The notes under the pieces were generated by a model. It saw only the letters and a program-made list of their open reading frames with translations. It searched no databases and had not been told where the DNA came from. A stretch of 64,000 nucleotides of DNA from NCBI GenBank assembly GCA_951406725.2, contig OX597824.1, positions 65,472,001 through 65,536,000 of the forward strand, written 5' to 3'. Within the stretch, counting starts at the first letter, position 1. Every line of letters starts with the position of its first letter. The DNA is from Octopus vulgaris (lineage: Eukaryota). Below, piece after piece: positions 39,501 to 48,940 of this stretch. The position numbers and the translations under genes were made by a program.

Positions 39501-41903
39501 TACCTGTTGAGGCATTTGTAAATATTCTTAATCTATATGTGAACAATATTTTCTTTCATTGCTTATTTATATTATTGATTTACTGGTTTTAAAAATATAA
39601 TCTTTATTGATTTTTGTAATTTAAAACTACTTTGTTTTAATATCCATTGATTTACTCTTCTCTGTACTGATTATTTTACAACTAGAATATTACTTGTCAT
39701 ATGTTTGCTACTATAACTTGGCGTTAGGAAGGGCATCCAGCCGTAGAAACATTGCCAGATCAGACTGGGCCTGGTGCAGCCTTCTGGCTTCCCAGACCCC
39801 GGTTGAACCGTCCAACCCATGCTAATATGGAAAGCAAACGCTAAACGATGATGATGATGATGATGATGATTAACCAGCATTATCTTCATAGGTATCATTG
39901 CACCATCTTCTTTCAAATTCTTTTAGGTGACTGTTCTGATGAACTCTTCATCTACTTCCATTTATCATTGGTATGAAAATTAAAAGAACTTAATACATTG
40001 GCTGTTTGCGATTGAGGGTTAATAGGATTGATAAAATTCCTACAAATCTTCATAATGTAATAACCAAATACCTGTGATAATAATTGTGTGTGTATGTGTG
40101 TGTGTGTGGGGGGGGTCTGTGTGTGTGTGCATGCACACTTATATTTAAAGGAGTGAAGTGTTTGGTAATAATGAAAGTATTTAATGAGGAAAGCATTTTG
40201 CACTTTGATACCCTAATCTTCAGTTTTGCCAAAATTTCAATTAAATTGCATGAATTATGAAGAAACAAACATCAGCATTTGTTTCCTAATATTATAATTC
40301 TTTTGAAGTGGATGGACAAAGCTGGATAAAACCAATATTTAAGAAAATTGCACATATGGATACAGCTATAATGATAGACTAAAATATTATGGGTCAGCTG
40401 CAAAGCTACAGAAAGTAGAGCAGAAACATACATTCAAACACCTAATTACAGTTGTATATGAGTTCATTATTGCATAAAATTACTAAGCTACTGCTTTTCA
40501 TTAATATACTGTTTGCCATTTTATCAACATTTTATTGTTTGGCCACTGTTCCAACGTAATGTTTCCAGTCTTTTTTGTGGCATAATATAACCAAAACTGT
40601 TTCATCCAGTATGTTCTTCCAAATTTTAGGATTGTAGAGGATATTTGGAGAAATGTTGCGATCATTCAGATGTTTGCTCATTGGCTGTTAATTTACTGCT
40701 TTTTACTAATATTAAATCTCTACCTTGTACTAATTTACTGTTTTATGCAAATAACTTATAACCATCTATTAATAACTTAGTGCCTCATTAATTTTACTGC
40801 TAAGCTTATCATTAAACAGTTTTCCTAATTTTGTATTCACACAAACGCTTGCAACTGATAAATATGTCACTTTTTACAGTCATGCACATGGCTGTGGTTA
40901 GAACATCAGGATCACAATCGAGAGGTAGTGAGTTCGATTCCTGGACCAGGCTATGTGTTGTGTTCTTGAGCAAGACACTTTATTTCATGTTGCTTCAGTT
41001 AACTCAGCTGTAGAAACGAGTTATGACGTCACTACTGTTAAGCTATATCGGATTTTGCCTTTCCCTTGGATAACATCGGTGGCATGGGGAGAGGAGGCTG
41101 GTATGTATGGGTGACTGCTGGTCTTCCAGAACCAATCTCACTTGAACTTGTGCCTCAGAAGATAACTTTGTAGGTGAAATCCCATAATCATTCATGACTG
41201 TAGGAGGTCTTCACCCTTTACCTTTATGATATTCTAAATAGTTCAAGGAGTAGAATGCATCTAAAGTTTCAGCCAGAACCTTTTGTTTAAAGAGAAAGTT
41301 AGCTCTACCTGAAATGTTAGACCAGTAAGCTTCTTCCTTCTGCTTACATGAAAGTTTTGCTATAGTTTGAACTATTTGTAAGAAGATAATATCATTTAGT
41401 TTTCATAAAGCCTTGTTATTGAACTCTGTGTAAAAAAAGTGATGAAAGCTACCTCAGTGCTAAGAAATATAAAATACTAATTAATACAGCTTTTATAATA
41501 AAAAATAATTAACTGAAATACTGAATATATTTATTTTCCTCTTCTTTTAGTGTTGTGTTGGCTTTCATCACTTTTCTTTGCTTATAGTTTCACTAATTAA
41601 TCTACTAATTCTCTTAGTAAATGCTTCTTCTTTTGCAATGCCTAGTAATGAATCCATGTCTGAATTTCATGCTTTATACTAACCATTCTATTGTAACTAT
41701 AGGTATCAGCTCTGGTATGCAGCATCCATCTTTTCCCCCTCTCCCACCATTGCCTTCACTGATGTCAACTCCATCTCCACTGCAGCCTAGCCGCATGGGC
41801 TCACCAAGCCTAGGTGCGCCAGGCAGCTTGTACAGTCTAAACCGGTCAAAGTTCACACATCCCTCACCAATGGGATCGTCATCACATTACCATCCTGGAC
41901 AAG
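656..41903 (+). CDS. CELSR: Flamingo/Starry night/CELSR cadherin-type adhesion GPCR, 3' part (18 coding exons: HRM end, GAIN, GPS, 7TM, cytoplasmic tail); 5' exons lie upstream of the window
   Basis: Spliced by hand with AG/GT boundaries and consistent phases. Family motifs: [17 protein letters not shown]...W...GC...[50 protein letters not shown]...[38 protein letters not shown]. Confidence 0.95.
1416..2250 (-). mobile_element. Probable Penelope pLTR relic between (TA)n tracts
   Basis: Minus strand CTGAAGA-ttgactgta...tacagccat-GAAACGATCGTA (1822-1916) with palindromic stem III; TA flanks. Confidence 0.45.
2296..2642. mobile_element. Two SINE/RTE-type 3' ends in head-to-head orientation with (GAT)n tails
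   Basis: 2296-2486 (-) and 2494-2642 (+) share ggagtggttggcgttaggaagggcatccagctgtagaaac...gttaaacgatgatgat. Confidence 0.8.
2898..3501. repeat. Diverged ~600-bp foldback palindrome, Penelope pLTR-derived
   Basis: tggaaatagcacagaagtaaatctaaga ... tcttagatttacttctgtgctatttcca; centre ~3197; hammerhead relic in each arm. Confidence 0.8.
3389..3429 (+). ncRNA. Degenerate minimal type I hammerhead motif
   Basis: ATAT tTGATGA GAT tagattcatc ATC GAAAC TG GTA ATAT; more decayed mirror copy at ~2981-3024 (-). Confidence 0.55.
4707..4916 (+). CDS. CELSR: CELSR exon, GAIN subdomain A
   Basis: ctccag|ATT...AAG|gtatta; [17 protein letters not shown]...LYGNDI...[20 protein letters not shown]. Confidence 0.9.
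5186..5366 (+). CDS. CELSR: CELSR exon, GAIN
   Basis: tgcag|AAC...ATTG|gtaagt; NMLSALSY...[12 protein letters not shown]...PFQVVSENI. Confidence 0.9.
5487..5650 (+). mobile_element. tRNA-derived SINE (family with ggcatggctgtgtggtaagaag head)
   Basis: A/B-box head and shared body; related copies at ~13285-13440, 19470-19640(-), 23385-23720, 24430-24640, 30990-31140(-). Confidence 0.7.
6710..6856 (+). CDS. CELSR: CELSR exon, GAIN
   Basis: ttttag|TA...TTGT|gtatgt; [23 protein letters not shown]...IQLPRSLL; phase matches both neighbours. Confidence 0.85.
7537..7648 (+). CDS. CELSR: CELSR exon, GAIN
   Basis: tttcag|TT...GTGCG|gtatgt; [38 protein letters not shown]. Confidence 0.88.
9730..10060 (+). 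mobile_element. tRNA-derived SINE (ggcgcatggcttagtggttag head) carrying a nested 73-bp insertion
   Basis: A/B boxes, ttgtgttcttgagcaa-type core; related copies at ~14270-14590(-), 19100-19270(-), 23710-24055(-), 31415-31690, 40880-41220, 63080-63280. Confidence 0.75.
10561..10737 (+). CDS. CELSR: CELSR exon, GAIN B / start of GPS
   Basis: ttacag|A...CGTGG|gtaagt; [16 protein letters not shown]...EPINITF...[10 protein letters not shown]. Confidence 0.9.
10790..11487 (-). mobile_element. Penelope-type pLTR fragments with a 48-bp direct repeat
   Basis: Minus strand tttcctacGAAGAGttccgcttGAAACGTTAAA (10886-10918, decayed hammerhead); aatgagggtagaaattgatattaatcaattaaaaccagtggcttagcat at ~10994 and ~11438. 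Confidence 0.45.
11579..11711 (+). CDS. CELSR: CELSR exon, GPS autoproteolysis motif and Stachel
   Basis: ttgtag|G...GAG|gtaggg; [12 protein letters not shown]...[22 protein letters not shown]. Confidence 0.95.
13627..13858. mobile_element. hAT/Charlie-type MITE (left TIR partly deleted)
   Basis: Right end ggttgaaaaccactg; internal ggggtcca motifs shared with 45537-45919. Confidence 0.55.
15811..16080. mobile_element. TG...CA-bounded element with internal 48-bp inverted repeat, in (TA)n
   Basis: Arms 15828-15875 and 15957-16004; TA tracts on both sides. Confidence 0.55.
16944..17216. repeat. Tandem duplication of a ~138-bp unit
   Basis: ttagtttcaagagctggctaacttcaaataaaaaaagtattgaag... at 16944 and 17082. 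Confidence 0.9.
17309..17541 (+). mobile_element. Probable non-autonomous Helitron-type element
   Basis: 5' TC(tctctatatataaa), 3' CTAG, inserted between A and T, no TSD. Confidence 0.45.
18273..18479 (+). CDS. CELSR: CELSR exon, TM1-TM2
   Basis: ttacag|TAT...GAA|gtaagt; [23 protein letters not shown]...[21 protein letters not shown]. Confidence 0.93.
19762..19915 (+). CDS. CELSR: CELSR exon, TM3-ICL2
   Basis: ttcag|ATA...TTTG|gtaagt; [51 protein letters not shown]. Confidence 0.95.
20367..20433 (+). CDS. CELSR: CELSR exon, TM4-ECL2
   Basis: tttcag|TT...GAATT|gtaagt; [22 protein letters not shown]. Confidence 0.92.
20642..20708 (+). CDS. CELSR: CELSR exon, ECL2-TM5
   Basis: ttcag|T...ATA|gtaagt; [23 protein letters not shown]. 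Confidence 0.93.
21975..22060 (+). CDS. CELSR: CELSR exon, TM5-ICL3
   Basis: ctcag|ATT...TTAAA|gtaagc; [28 protein letters not shown]. Confidence 0.85.
22465..22670 (-). mobile_element. SINE of the ggcgagctggcagaat family
   Basis: Reverse complement of the units at 43805-44710; other copies at ~3670-3860, 4340-4450, 10355-10470, 14850-15050, 31735-31935, 57050-57480. Confidence 0.75.
22980..23148 (+). CDS. CELSR: CELSR exon, TM6-TM7
   Basis: ttgcag|A...CCA|gtaagt; [25 protein letters not shown]...[26 protein letters not shown]. Confidence 0.92.
24278..24373 (+). CDS. CELSR: CELSR exon, helix 8 / proximal tail
   Basis: ttatag|GTA...TCG|gtaaat; [32 protein letters not shown]. Confidence 0.88.
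24642..25379 (+). mobile_element. 5'-truncated CR1-clade LINE 3' end (decayed RT C-terminus, 3' UTR, (ATT)n tail)
   Basis: [21 protein letters not shown]...[20 protein letters not shown]...DINHLETVQ; in-frame stop and frameshift; (ATT)n tail. Confidence 0.85.
26792..27083 (+). CDS. CELSR: CELSR exon, cytoplasmic tail (Ser/Thr-rich, poly-Pro)
   Basis: atacag|AGA...GATG|gtacgt; RSALAYRND...[19 protein letters not shown]...PPPPPP. Confidence 0.88.
32054..32116. other. 63-nt near-perfect hairpin
   Basis: acaaacgttaaggc gac gcaaacatctca ctact tgagatgtttgc ttt gccttaatgtttgt. Confidence 0.8.
32381..32431 (-). ncRNA. Hammerhead-like motif with G3:C8 core swap
   Basis: Minus strand: TTTGTCA GTGAACA G GTCGCA gtcttaa TGCAAC GAAA ATAT TT TGACAAA; perfect 7-bp stem I, palindromic stem III. 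Confidence 0.55.
33375..33715. repeat. Decaying ~36-bp minisatellite
   Basis: gtttgatatgtcaacatgtgatagcaagtgataca repeated with increasing divergence, interrupted by (TA)n. Confidence 0.8.
33723..33931. mobile_element. piggyBac-like MITE (TTAA-bounded)
   Basis: TTAAccatttagc ... gctaaagggTTAA; similar ends at 37314-37476 and ~35380-35755. Confidence 0.6.
36018..37110 (-). mobile_element. 5'-truncated RTE-clade LINE 3' end with expanded 3' UTR
   Basis: [10 protein letters not shown]...[29 protein letters not shown]...CVKKC, then a GRPRK-like segment; 3' UTR ends in the tail shared with the (GAT)n SINEs. Confidence 0.85.
36197..36690. repeat. Minisatellite of ~11 units (40-50 bp) with palindromic core GGTGCCAT-TTAC-ATGGCACC
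   Basis: Cores at ~36201, 36251, 36294, 36340, 36380, 36420, 36467, 36510, 36557, 36602, 36648. Confidence 0.9.
37790..37954 (+). CDS. CELSR: CELSR exon, acidic SE/D tail motif
   Basis: cttcag|AT...GTTG|gtgagt; DPDTGEK...[27 protein letters not shown]. Confidence 0.9.
38209..38277 (+). CDS. CELSR: CELSR exon, basic tail segment (donor at 38265 or 38277)
   Basis: ttgcag|AA; [23 protein letters not shown]; two same-phase GT donors. Confidence 0.7.
38719..39720. repeat. ~1-kb near-perfect inverted duplication interrupting a SINE/RTE-tail repeat
   Basis: caagttatagtagcaaac... versus ...gtttgctactataacttg; centre cactacactc-gt-gagtgtagtg at 39233-39234; repeat resumes at 39721-39870. Confidence 0.95.
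41703..41903 (+). CDS. CELSR: CELSR exon, Pro/Ser-rich tail
   Basis: ctatag|GT...CAAG|gtatga; [34 protein letters not shown]...; GC-rich island, phase 1 at both ends. Confidence 0.75.
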
Positions 41904-42029
41904 GTATGAACACACTGTGCTAACAGCATTATTTCACTACAGAGGATATTGCATGGCAATTAACACATGCATGTTCACCCAGATGTCTCTAAGTTGATAT
42001 ATGTATTTACACATGTGTATATGAACTTA

Positions 42030-42067
<38 letters not shown>

Positions 42068-42373
42068 ACATATAGAGGGGAGAGAGAGAAAGGGGGAGAG
42101 GGAGACTAATACACATATTCAAATATGTACGCATACCTTTACACAGATGCATACAAAACAATGACAACTTGTATAAATAATCATAATGTACAATACAATT
42201 AATGTACATATGTATGCATACAATATGCCAAGAAAGGTAAATAAAGAAAAATATACACCATGCAAACTAATATATAATAAATACATTCACATATGTGCAC
42301 ACACATACACATCACTATAATATTAGTGGAAATTTTCACCCTATCCCCTCTTTTCATTACTGAGAAAACAAAA

Positions 42374-42526
42374 TACAGTTTTATTTACATTTGCCAGATA
42401 TTTGTCCTCATCTTGTTTGTTGTTAACACGTTTTGGCTGATATATCCTCCAGCCTTCGTCAGATACCTTAGGGGAAATTTTGAACCTGGGTTCTCATTCC
42501 TCAGGTATTTTTCGATGGTGTTGTTG

Positions 42527-42561
<35 letters not shown>

Positions 42562-42960
42562 ATTATTTCTATTATTCAGGTCACAACCTGGAATTGAACT
42601 TGGCATCTTGGGGTTAGTAGCCCGTACTCTTAACCACTACGCCATATGCCCATGGACATAGTGGTTAATAGTGCAGGCTACTAACCCCAAGATTCTGAGT
42701 TCGATTCCAGATAGTGACCTGAATAATAATAATAATAATGATAATAATAATAATAATAAAAATAATAATAATAATAACAACAACATCGAAAAATACCTTA
42801 GGAATGAGAACCCAGGTTCAAAATTTCCTCCAAAGCACTTGATGAAGGCTGGAGGGTATATCAGCTGAAATGTTGTGTTAACAGCAAACAAGATGAGGAC
42901 AAATATCCGTCAAATGTAAATCATGTACATAATTCCTCATTTCTTAAATATAGAACTGTA
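42374..42960. mobile_element. Head-to-head dimer of a tRNA-headed, (AAT)n-linked, hammerhead-tailed non-autonomous element
   Basis: Palindrome centred on CCATGG 42650-42655; A box TGGCGTAGTGG, B box GAGTTCGATTCC; 12-bp direct repeat aaaatacagttt at 42370 and 42960. Confidence 0.75.
42836..42877 (+). ncRNA. Degenerate minimal hammerhead motif in the tail of a tRNA-headed element
   Basis: CAC tTGATGA A GGCTG gagggtatat CAGCt GAAA tG TT GTG; mirror copy 42425-42465 (-) keeps CTGACGA and GGCTG/CAGCC. Confidence 0.6.
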
Positions 42961-43354
42961 AAATACAGTTTGCATCCACATAATCTTTTCTTCGCTGTGG
43001 TGTTCAGTTTATCAATATTTAGAGACCCCCACCTCTTCGTAGGAAACACAGCTATAATGTATTCTGTTTTAATTGCTTTTAACAATCATGTTTTATAACC
43101 TCTCATAGCAATATTCATTAATATTTCAAAGAGCAGTTTTCTGTTTTGCAAGTTATTACTGTTATTGATTGTACAATAGAGTGCTTGTTCTATAATTCCA
43201 CAATTTGTATTGAAACTCCACCAAGGTTCAGTTTGTTTTTCATCTTTTCAAAAGTTGTGAAGTAAATATCAATGACAGGCTTGGGTTTGAGTCTGATGAA
43301 CATGTTCCATGACAAAATTGGTTTTTCACTTGATCAAAAATTGTTATCATTATT

Positions 43355-43755
43355 TGGTAGAATCATTAGAACAGATAAAATGCCTTGAATCTTTAGTTCA
43401 AATCTCACCATGGTAAATTTTGTCTTTCAACTCTCAGGGATTGATAAAATAAAGTACCAGTCAAGTACTGAGCTGGATAGTATCAACTTACTCCCTCTTC
43501 TCAAAATTGCTGGCCTTGTGCCAAAATCGACAACTGGTGGATTGGCAGAGTTGTTAGAGCATTGGACAAATTGTTTTTCAGTATTTGTTCTGGCTCTACA
43601 CTATGCGTTCAAACCCCACTGAAGTCAGTGGTGCCTTTCTCCTCTCTGAGGTCAATAAAATAAGTACCAGTTGAGCATTTGGATTGATGTAATTGATTTA
43701 ATCTTTCCTGCTGAATTTGCTGGTCTTTTGCCAAAATCTGAAACCAATGTTGTTG

Positions 43756-43806
<51 letters not shown>

Positions 43807-44730
43807 GGGTAGTGAACTGACAGAATTGTTAGCATGTCAGACAAAATCCTTAGCAGCATTTTGTCCGTCGTTACATTCTGAGTTCAAATTCCACCGAGGT
43901 TGACTTTACCTTTTATCCTTTTAGGGTCAATAAATTAATTACTAGTCATGCACTGAGGTCAATGTAATCATCTAGCCCCCATTCCCAAAATTTCATACTC
44001 TGTGTCTATAATAGAAAGAATTGTTATTATTATCATTATTATTAAGGCAGCGAGCTGGCAGAGCTGTTAGCATACCAGGCAAAATGCCTAGCAATATTTC
44101 ATCTGCTTCTACATTCTGAGTTCAAATTCTACCAAGGTTTACTTGACTCCTCATTTTTGGGGGATCAATAAATGAAGTACCAGTTGAGTACTGGGATCTA
44201 TGTGATCAACTGTCTCCCTCACCACAAAACCCAGGCCTTGTACCTATAGTAGAAAGGATTATTATTATTATTATTATTGGTAAGGCAGCAAGTTGGCAGA
44301 ATTGTTAGCATGCCAGGCAAAATGCTTAGCTGCATTCTGTCCATCTTTATGTTCTGAGTTCAAATTCTACTGAGGTTGACTTTGCCTTTCATCCTTTAGA
44401 GATTGATAAAACAAGTACCACATACATACTGGAGTTCATATAATTGACTAGCCTCCACTCCAAAATTTCAGGCTCTGTGCCTTTAGTAGAAAAGATTATT
44501 ATTACTGTTAAGCTGGTAGAATTATTGGCCTGCTGGACAAAATGCTTAACAGCATTTCATCCATCTTTGCATTCTGAGTTCATATTGTGCCAAGGTCAAC
44601 TTTGCTTTTCATCCTTTCAGAGTTGATGAAATAAGTGCCATCCAATGTTATTGACTAGATTCCTCCCATAATACTTCTGGTCTTGTGCTCTTTGCAGGCA
44701 GGATTATTATATTCATCATTATTATTATTA
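43355..44730 (+). mobile_element. Head-to-tail array of ~6 diverged SINE copies separated by (ATT)n
   Basis: Units starting ~43355, 43535, 43805, 44044, 44281, 44508, each ...ctggcagaattgttagca...ttctgagttcaaatt...actttgcctttcatcc...aagtaccagt. Confidence 0.85.
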
Positions 44731-44970
44731 TTATTTGCAACATCATGTAGATATATTCATAAATCATTTCTTTGTTATGATATTTATTTCAGTTTTTTTT
44801 CAATTCAGTTTTAAAAACAAAAATATTTAAATACTTAAATTTAACTGCAAATTCAATAAAAAGCAACAAGCACTCTGCAATCAAAATCTTTTTAAAATTT
44901 AAAATTGAGACTTCGTAACAGTTTACTTAAAATTTTGTAATTAAGTCTTTTTGTAGTATTTTATAATCAT

Positions 44971-45010
<40 letters not shown>

Positions 45011-45536
45011 TCTCCCTCTCTCTCTCTCACCCTCCATATTTTCATTTAACACTGTTGTTGTTGTTGTTTCTGGGTTCCCTAATTTTACTAACTTTGAACT
45101 TGTAGTAAATGTGGCTGTTAACTTATTTGATGATAGTGAGCCCCACATCTGAAAAGTAATTAGTTGAACTATTAGTTCTCTTGCATTCTGGTGGGTATCA
45201 GAGCATTTGAGTGACATTAGACCCTGCCAAACTCCCATAAATTAAATGTATCTATCTGGGTCACGATTGTGGCCTGTCAACCTCTGCCTGATGGCCATGA
45301 TCATGGCCCATTGCACTTTATGTGTTAATAGAAAATTACACCAATACTGATGGTGGCTGATTCTCAGCAAGGAAGACAGGGAGACATTACTTTGTTCACC
45401 CCTCTCTCTATCTCTCTATCTCTCTCATGGAAAATTCAGTTAAATAATGCTAGTCTCTTTCAGAAAAAAAATCAGCAAAGAGCAGACAAATCCTATTAGT
45501 ATTTCTTGAAAAGAGACAAATTCAAATGTTCTAGAC

Positions 45537-45919
45537 TAGTGATTCTCAACCAGGGTCCATATTAGACTTTTGGTGGTGGTGGGAGGTGAGGGTGATGTGG
45601 GGGCACACAAGCAAAATAGTAAATTAAGGACCCACAGTAGTACTTTTAGGGTCCACGAAAAAAAATTTTACTTCAAAGTATTTATTGCTAGAGGGAGCTA
45701 GGTTTTACATAGTTTAACATGTATCTGACCACTGAACCTTGTCCTCTCAGTGACTGCTATTGCAAACCTACAAAAGTGAATGTGTGAAAAGACAAAATAA
45801 GAATTTTGAAATAAGTATCTATAAAACCAATTTTTAAACATTGAATGTCTATGGGGTTCATCAGAATAAATTAGTAATGAAAGGGATCCATAGGTAAAAA
45901 AAATGGTTGAGAACCACTA
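45537..45919. mobile_element. hAT/Charlie-type MITE
   Basis: TIRs tagtgattctcaacc / ggttgagaaccacta; 8-bp TSD-like ttctagac / atccagac. Confidence 0.75.
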
Positions 45920-47661
45920 ATCCAGACAAATTTCTTTTTATTGAAAAATACGGCTAGATATTTACTAAATATGTTTTCCAATACTTGAACAGTGTTTCTC
46001 AAGACGATAGGGTGGGGAACATGGGGTGTTAGGAAAGGAAAAATATGTTTGAGTGCTAGTGGGAGCATATAGAACGGTCTTCATTAAGTGTATCACCTTG
46101 TTCAGTATTTATCAAATATCAACTTTGCTTGTTATCCTTCTAGCTGATGATGGAGGAAGCTCAATATAAGTAATATTAAACTACTGAGGTTGAGTATATC
46201 TCTTCAGTATCATATAAGACGAGCTTTATAATTATGTAGTATGTGCTTTAATATTCATAACAATTGTTTGATGCAAAGCATCTCTCAAGCAATATACATT
46301 AGAATTTGGGCTCAGGTGTCGAATTCAGATTTGGTTCAGTCAACAATTTACATCCCAGTGTATTACATCAACTCTCACTCCCATATTTATCCCATCTACA
46401 TCCGAAGATTTGTATCATCAACAACCATAATTCCTCAATACCTTAAACATCCATCATTTAGTCATGTGTCTGCTGAATTACATCCAGAATAAATATTTCA
46501 AACATAAAAGAAAATTGACATTACAAAATTCCAAATTAACCAGTTTGCAAATGTATCCTTGGCTTTTGATTTAATATAATTTTTAAATATGCACATTATC
46601 TTGCCTTAATGCCAAAAATAAACATTTTAGAAAAATTATAAGAAAATTTTAAAAACAAATAAGAGGTAGAGAAACTGATTAGGAAGCAATAATTCCTTAA
46701 AGAATTCCTTAAAGACTTTCTGATAGATTATCTATAAAATTTCTATATGATTTGATAAAAGAACTGCTTGTAAAACTGTATATTTTCATTATGTGTTGAA
46801 ATTTCCCCTATGATATATGTAATGTGGATATAAAAAGAAAAAAACTGAGAGAGAGAGAGGAAAAAAAGAATGAAATTAAAATATTTGATTTCAAATTACT
46901 ATTATAATTTTTTTCCCCTGTTATTGTATTACTAAAATATCTTCTGCATGATTTTATTGTTGTTCAAATATGCCGGTGTGATAAAACCTATCCAAAATGT
47001 ATGCTGCCAACCCTTGTAATTATTGCTTTCACTAATATGTTACTAAATTGTGTCTACATGTGTTTTTATGTCACACACATTTCCAATTTTTTAAAAATCA
47101 AAATTGAAAGATTGACTTAATATTATCAAACAAAATTTGTTTTGTGGACTTTTAAAAAAAAACAAAAAACAAACACAGATCCATTGTGGTGTGTTTCTCG
47201 TTTTTTTTCTTTTTTTTCTTTTTTCATTCTTTTCTGTTCAGAATATTCAAATTAATTTTCTACATCCTGCATGTATTTCATCCCTCTGTCTATTACCTGA
47301 TTCCTTCAAAATGCCTTATTTACCAAAGAGCAAACAGAAGAAAATGTTTTCCCAAACAAACTATGTGTATTGATGGCAATAGGGAGGATACTTTAAACAT
47401 TAGATCAAAGACTTCGACAATCATTTAAAATTTACCCTTCGTTTGACATTTAACAAAGAAACAGCTATTGTTTTACATTGATATCCATCTGTATCTCTCT
47501 GCCACTCACCAATACACTGTGTGTGCCGGTGTGAATGTATGTATAGTTCAAGTTAAACAATTCAGTGGAACTTACCACTCTAAGTATGAGATTCTCTCAG
47601 TAATAAACCGAGGAATAGTAACTTGAAATATACTTTATATGTATATCATATGTAATCATTT

Positions 47662-48000
47662 TCATCATCATCATCATCATTTAATATCTCTTTTTCCATG
47701 CTGGCATGGGTTGGATGGTTTGACAGAAACTGACAAGTCACAGGGCTGTGCCAAGCTCCAGTGTCTGCTTTTGGTGTGGTTTCTACAGCTAGATGCCCTG
47801 CCTAACACCAACCACTTCACAGCGTGTACTGGGTGCTTTTTTTCATGGTACCAGCACTGGTGAGGTCACCATGTACTCCCAAGACAAAGCCCCGTAACTG
47901 AGTGGGGTATTGTATTGAGGGATATGAAAGTACAATTGAGGGACAGGAGCAGGTGTCTTGCTGAAGAGGTGAATACATGGCTCCTTTGTCTGGAAAAGGA
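47662..48000 (-). mobile_element. SINE/RTE-type 3' end with (GAT)n tail
   Basis: catcatcat...ttccatgctggcatgggttggatggtttgac...tttctacagctagatgccc; same family as 2296-2486. Confidence 0.7.
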
Positions 48001-48824
48001 GAGAGAGAGAGATGTAAGGTCAAGATACAAGGTGAATAAGGGAGACAGAATAAGTTTAGAGGAACAGAAAAGGTGGATGGGTGGTTAAGTGTACTAACAT
48101 AGTAATGAAACTGTATTCGTTGCTTCTACCAACCATATAAGACTTATACATTTATATATATAAATTAATACAGGCTGGCTGAGTGAAAATTGAATGTCTT
48201 TAGTTTAGAGTTTTTAACTTGCAAAAAAAGACCACATAGAATTTCATAGCTATTCTCCATAAACCTTTATAGCCATACTGTAAAAGTTAAGAGCGATGTA
48301 ATTCATTGCATTTATAATAATAAGACATCTTCTTCATATGATTCCCATATAGTTAACATTTTCTGTTTCTGTTATTATAAGTCAATTTATACAATCATTT
48401 AAATACACAACATTACTTTTACAAAATGTTGTTGAATTTTATTTTCTGATAATATTTAGTACAGTATCAAATTACAAAAGCTATCATAGATGACAGTTCC
48501 CCTTTCACTTCAGATAGACCCAATTTCTTGCCTGCTATTGCACTATTTCCACATAGCATCATCATTTATAAGCATCATTGTATCATGCATGTATATGTGT
48601 CAATTATCTGCATGCTTCTCTTCATCAACATATGTTGCATTCAGTTTTATTTGAATATTCAAATTCATTAACATGCATAAATGAAAGAAAGTGGCACTCA
48701 ACACATTTCATAGGAGTTAGATATATTTTTTTAATAACAGTTTCACTCAGTTCCATATGACTTAAAATTTTGTGGGCTCATATGATGGACCCATCTCATC
48801 AGATATCTATTGTATGTGTGTACA

Positions 48825-48869
<45 letters not shown>

Positions 48870-48940
48870 GTTTAAATATATATATAATTTTAAATATTTG
48901 TTGTGCAAGATTTTTTATGTGAAGTCGTGTGTTGAAACAG

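Noticed and set aside
38918-39510. Paired ORFs with near-identical peptides on opposite strands
   Set aside because: Consequence of the inverted duplication of non-coding repeat sequence.
42579-42719. Possible tRNA genes
   Set aside because: No proper acceptor stem, no T-run terminator, and fused to (AAT)n and a repeat tail; these are tRNA-derived heads.
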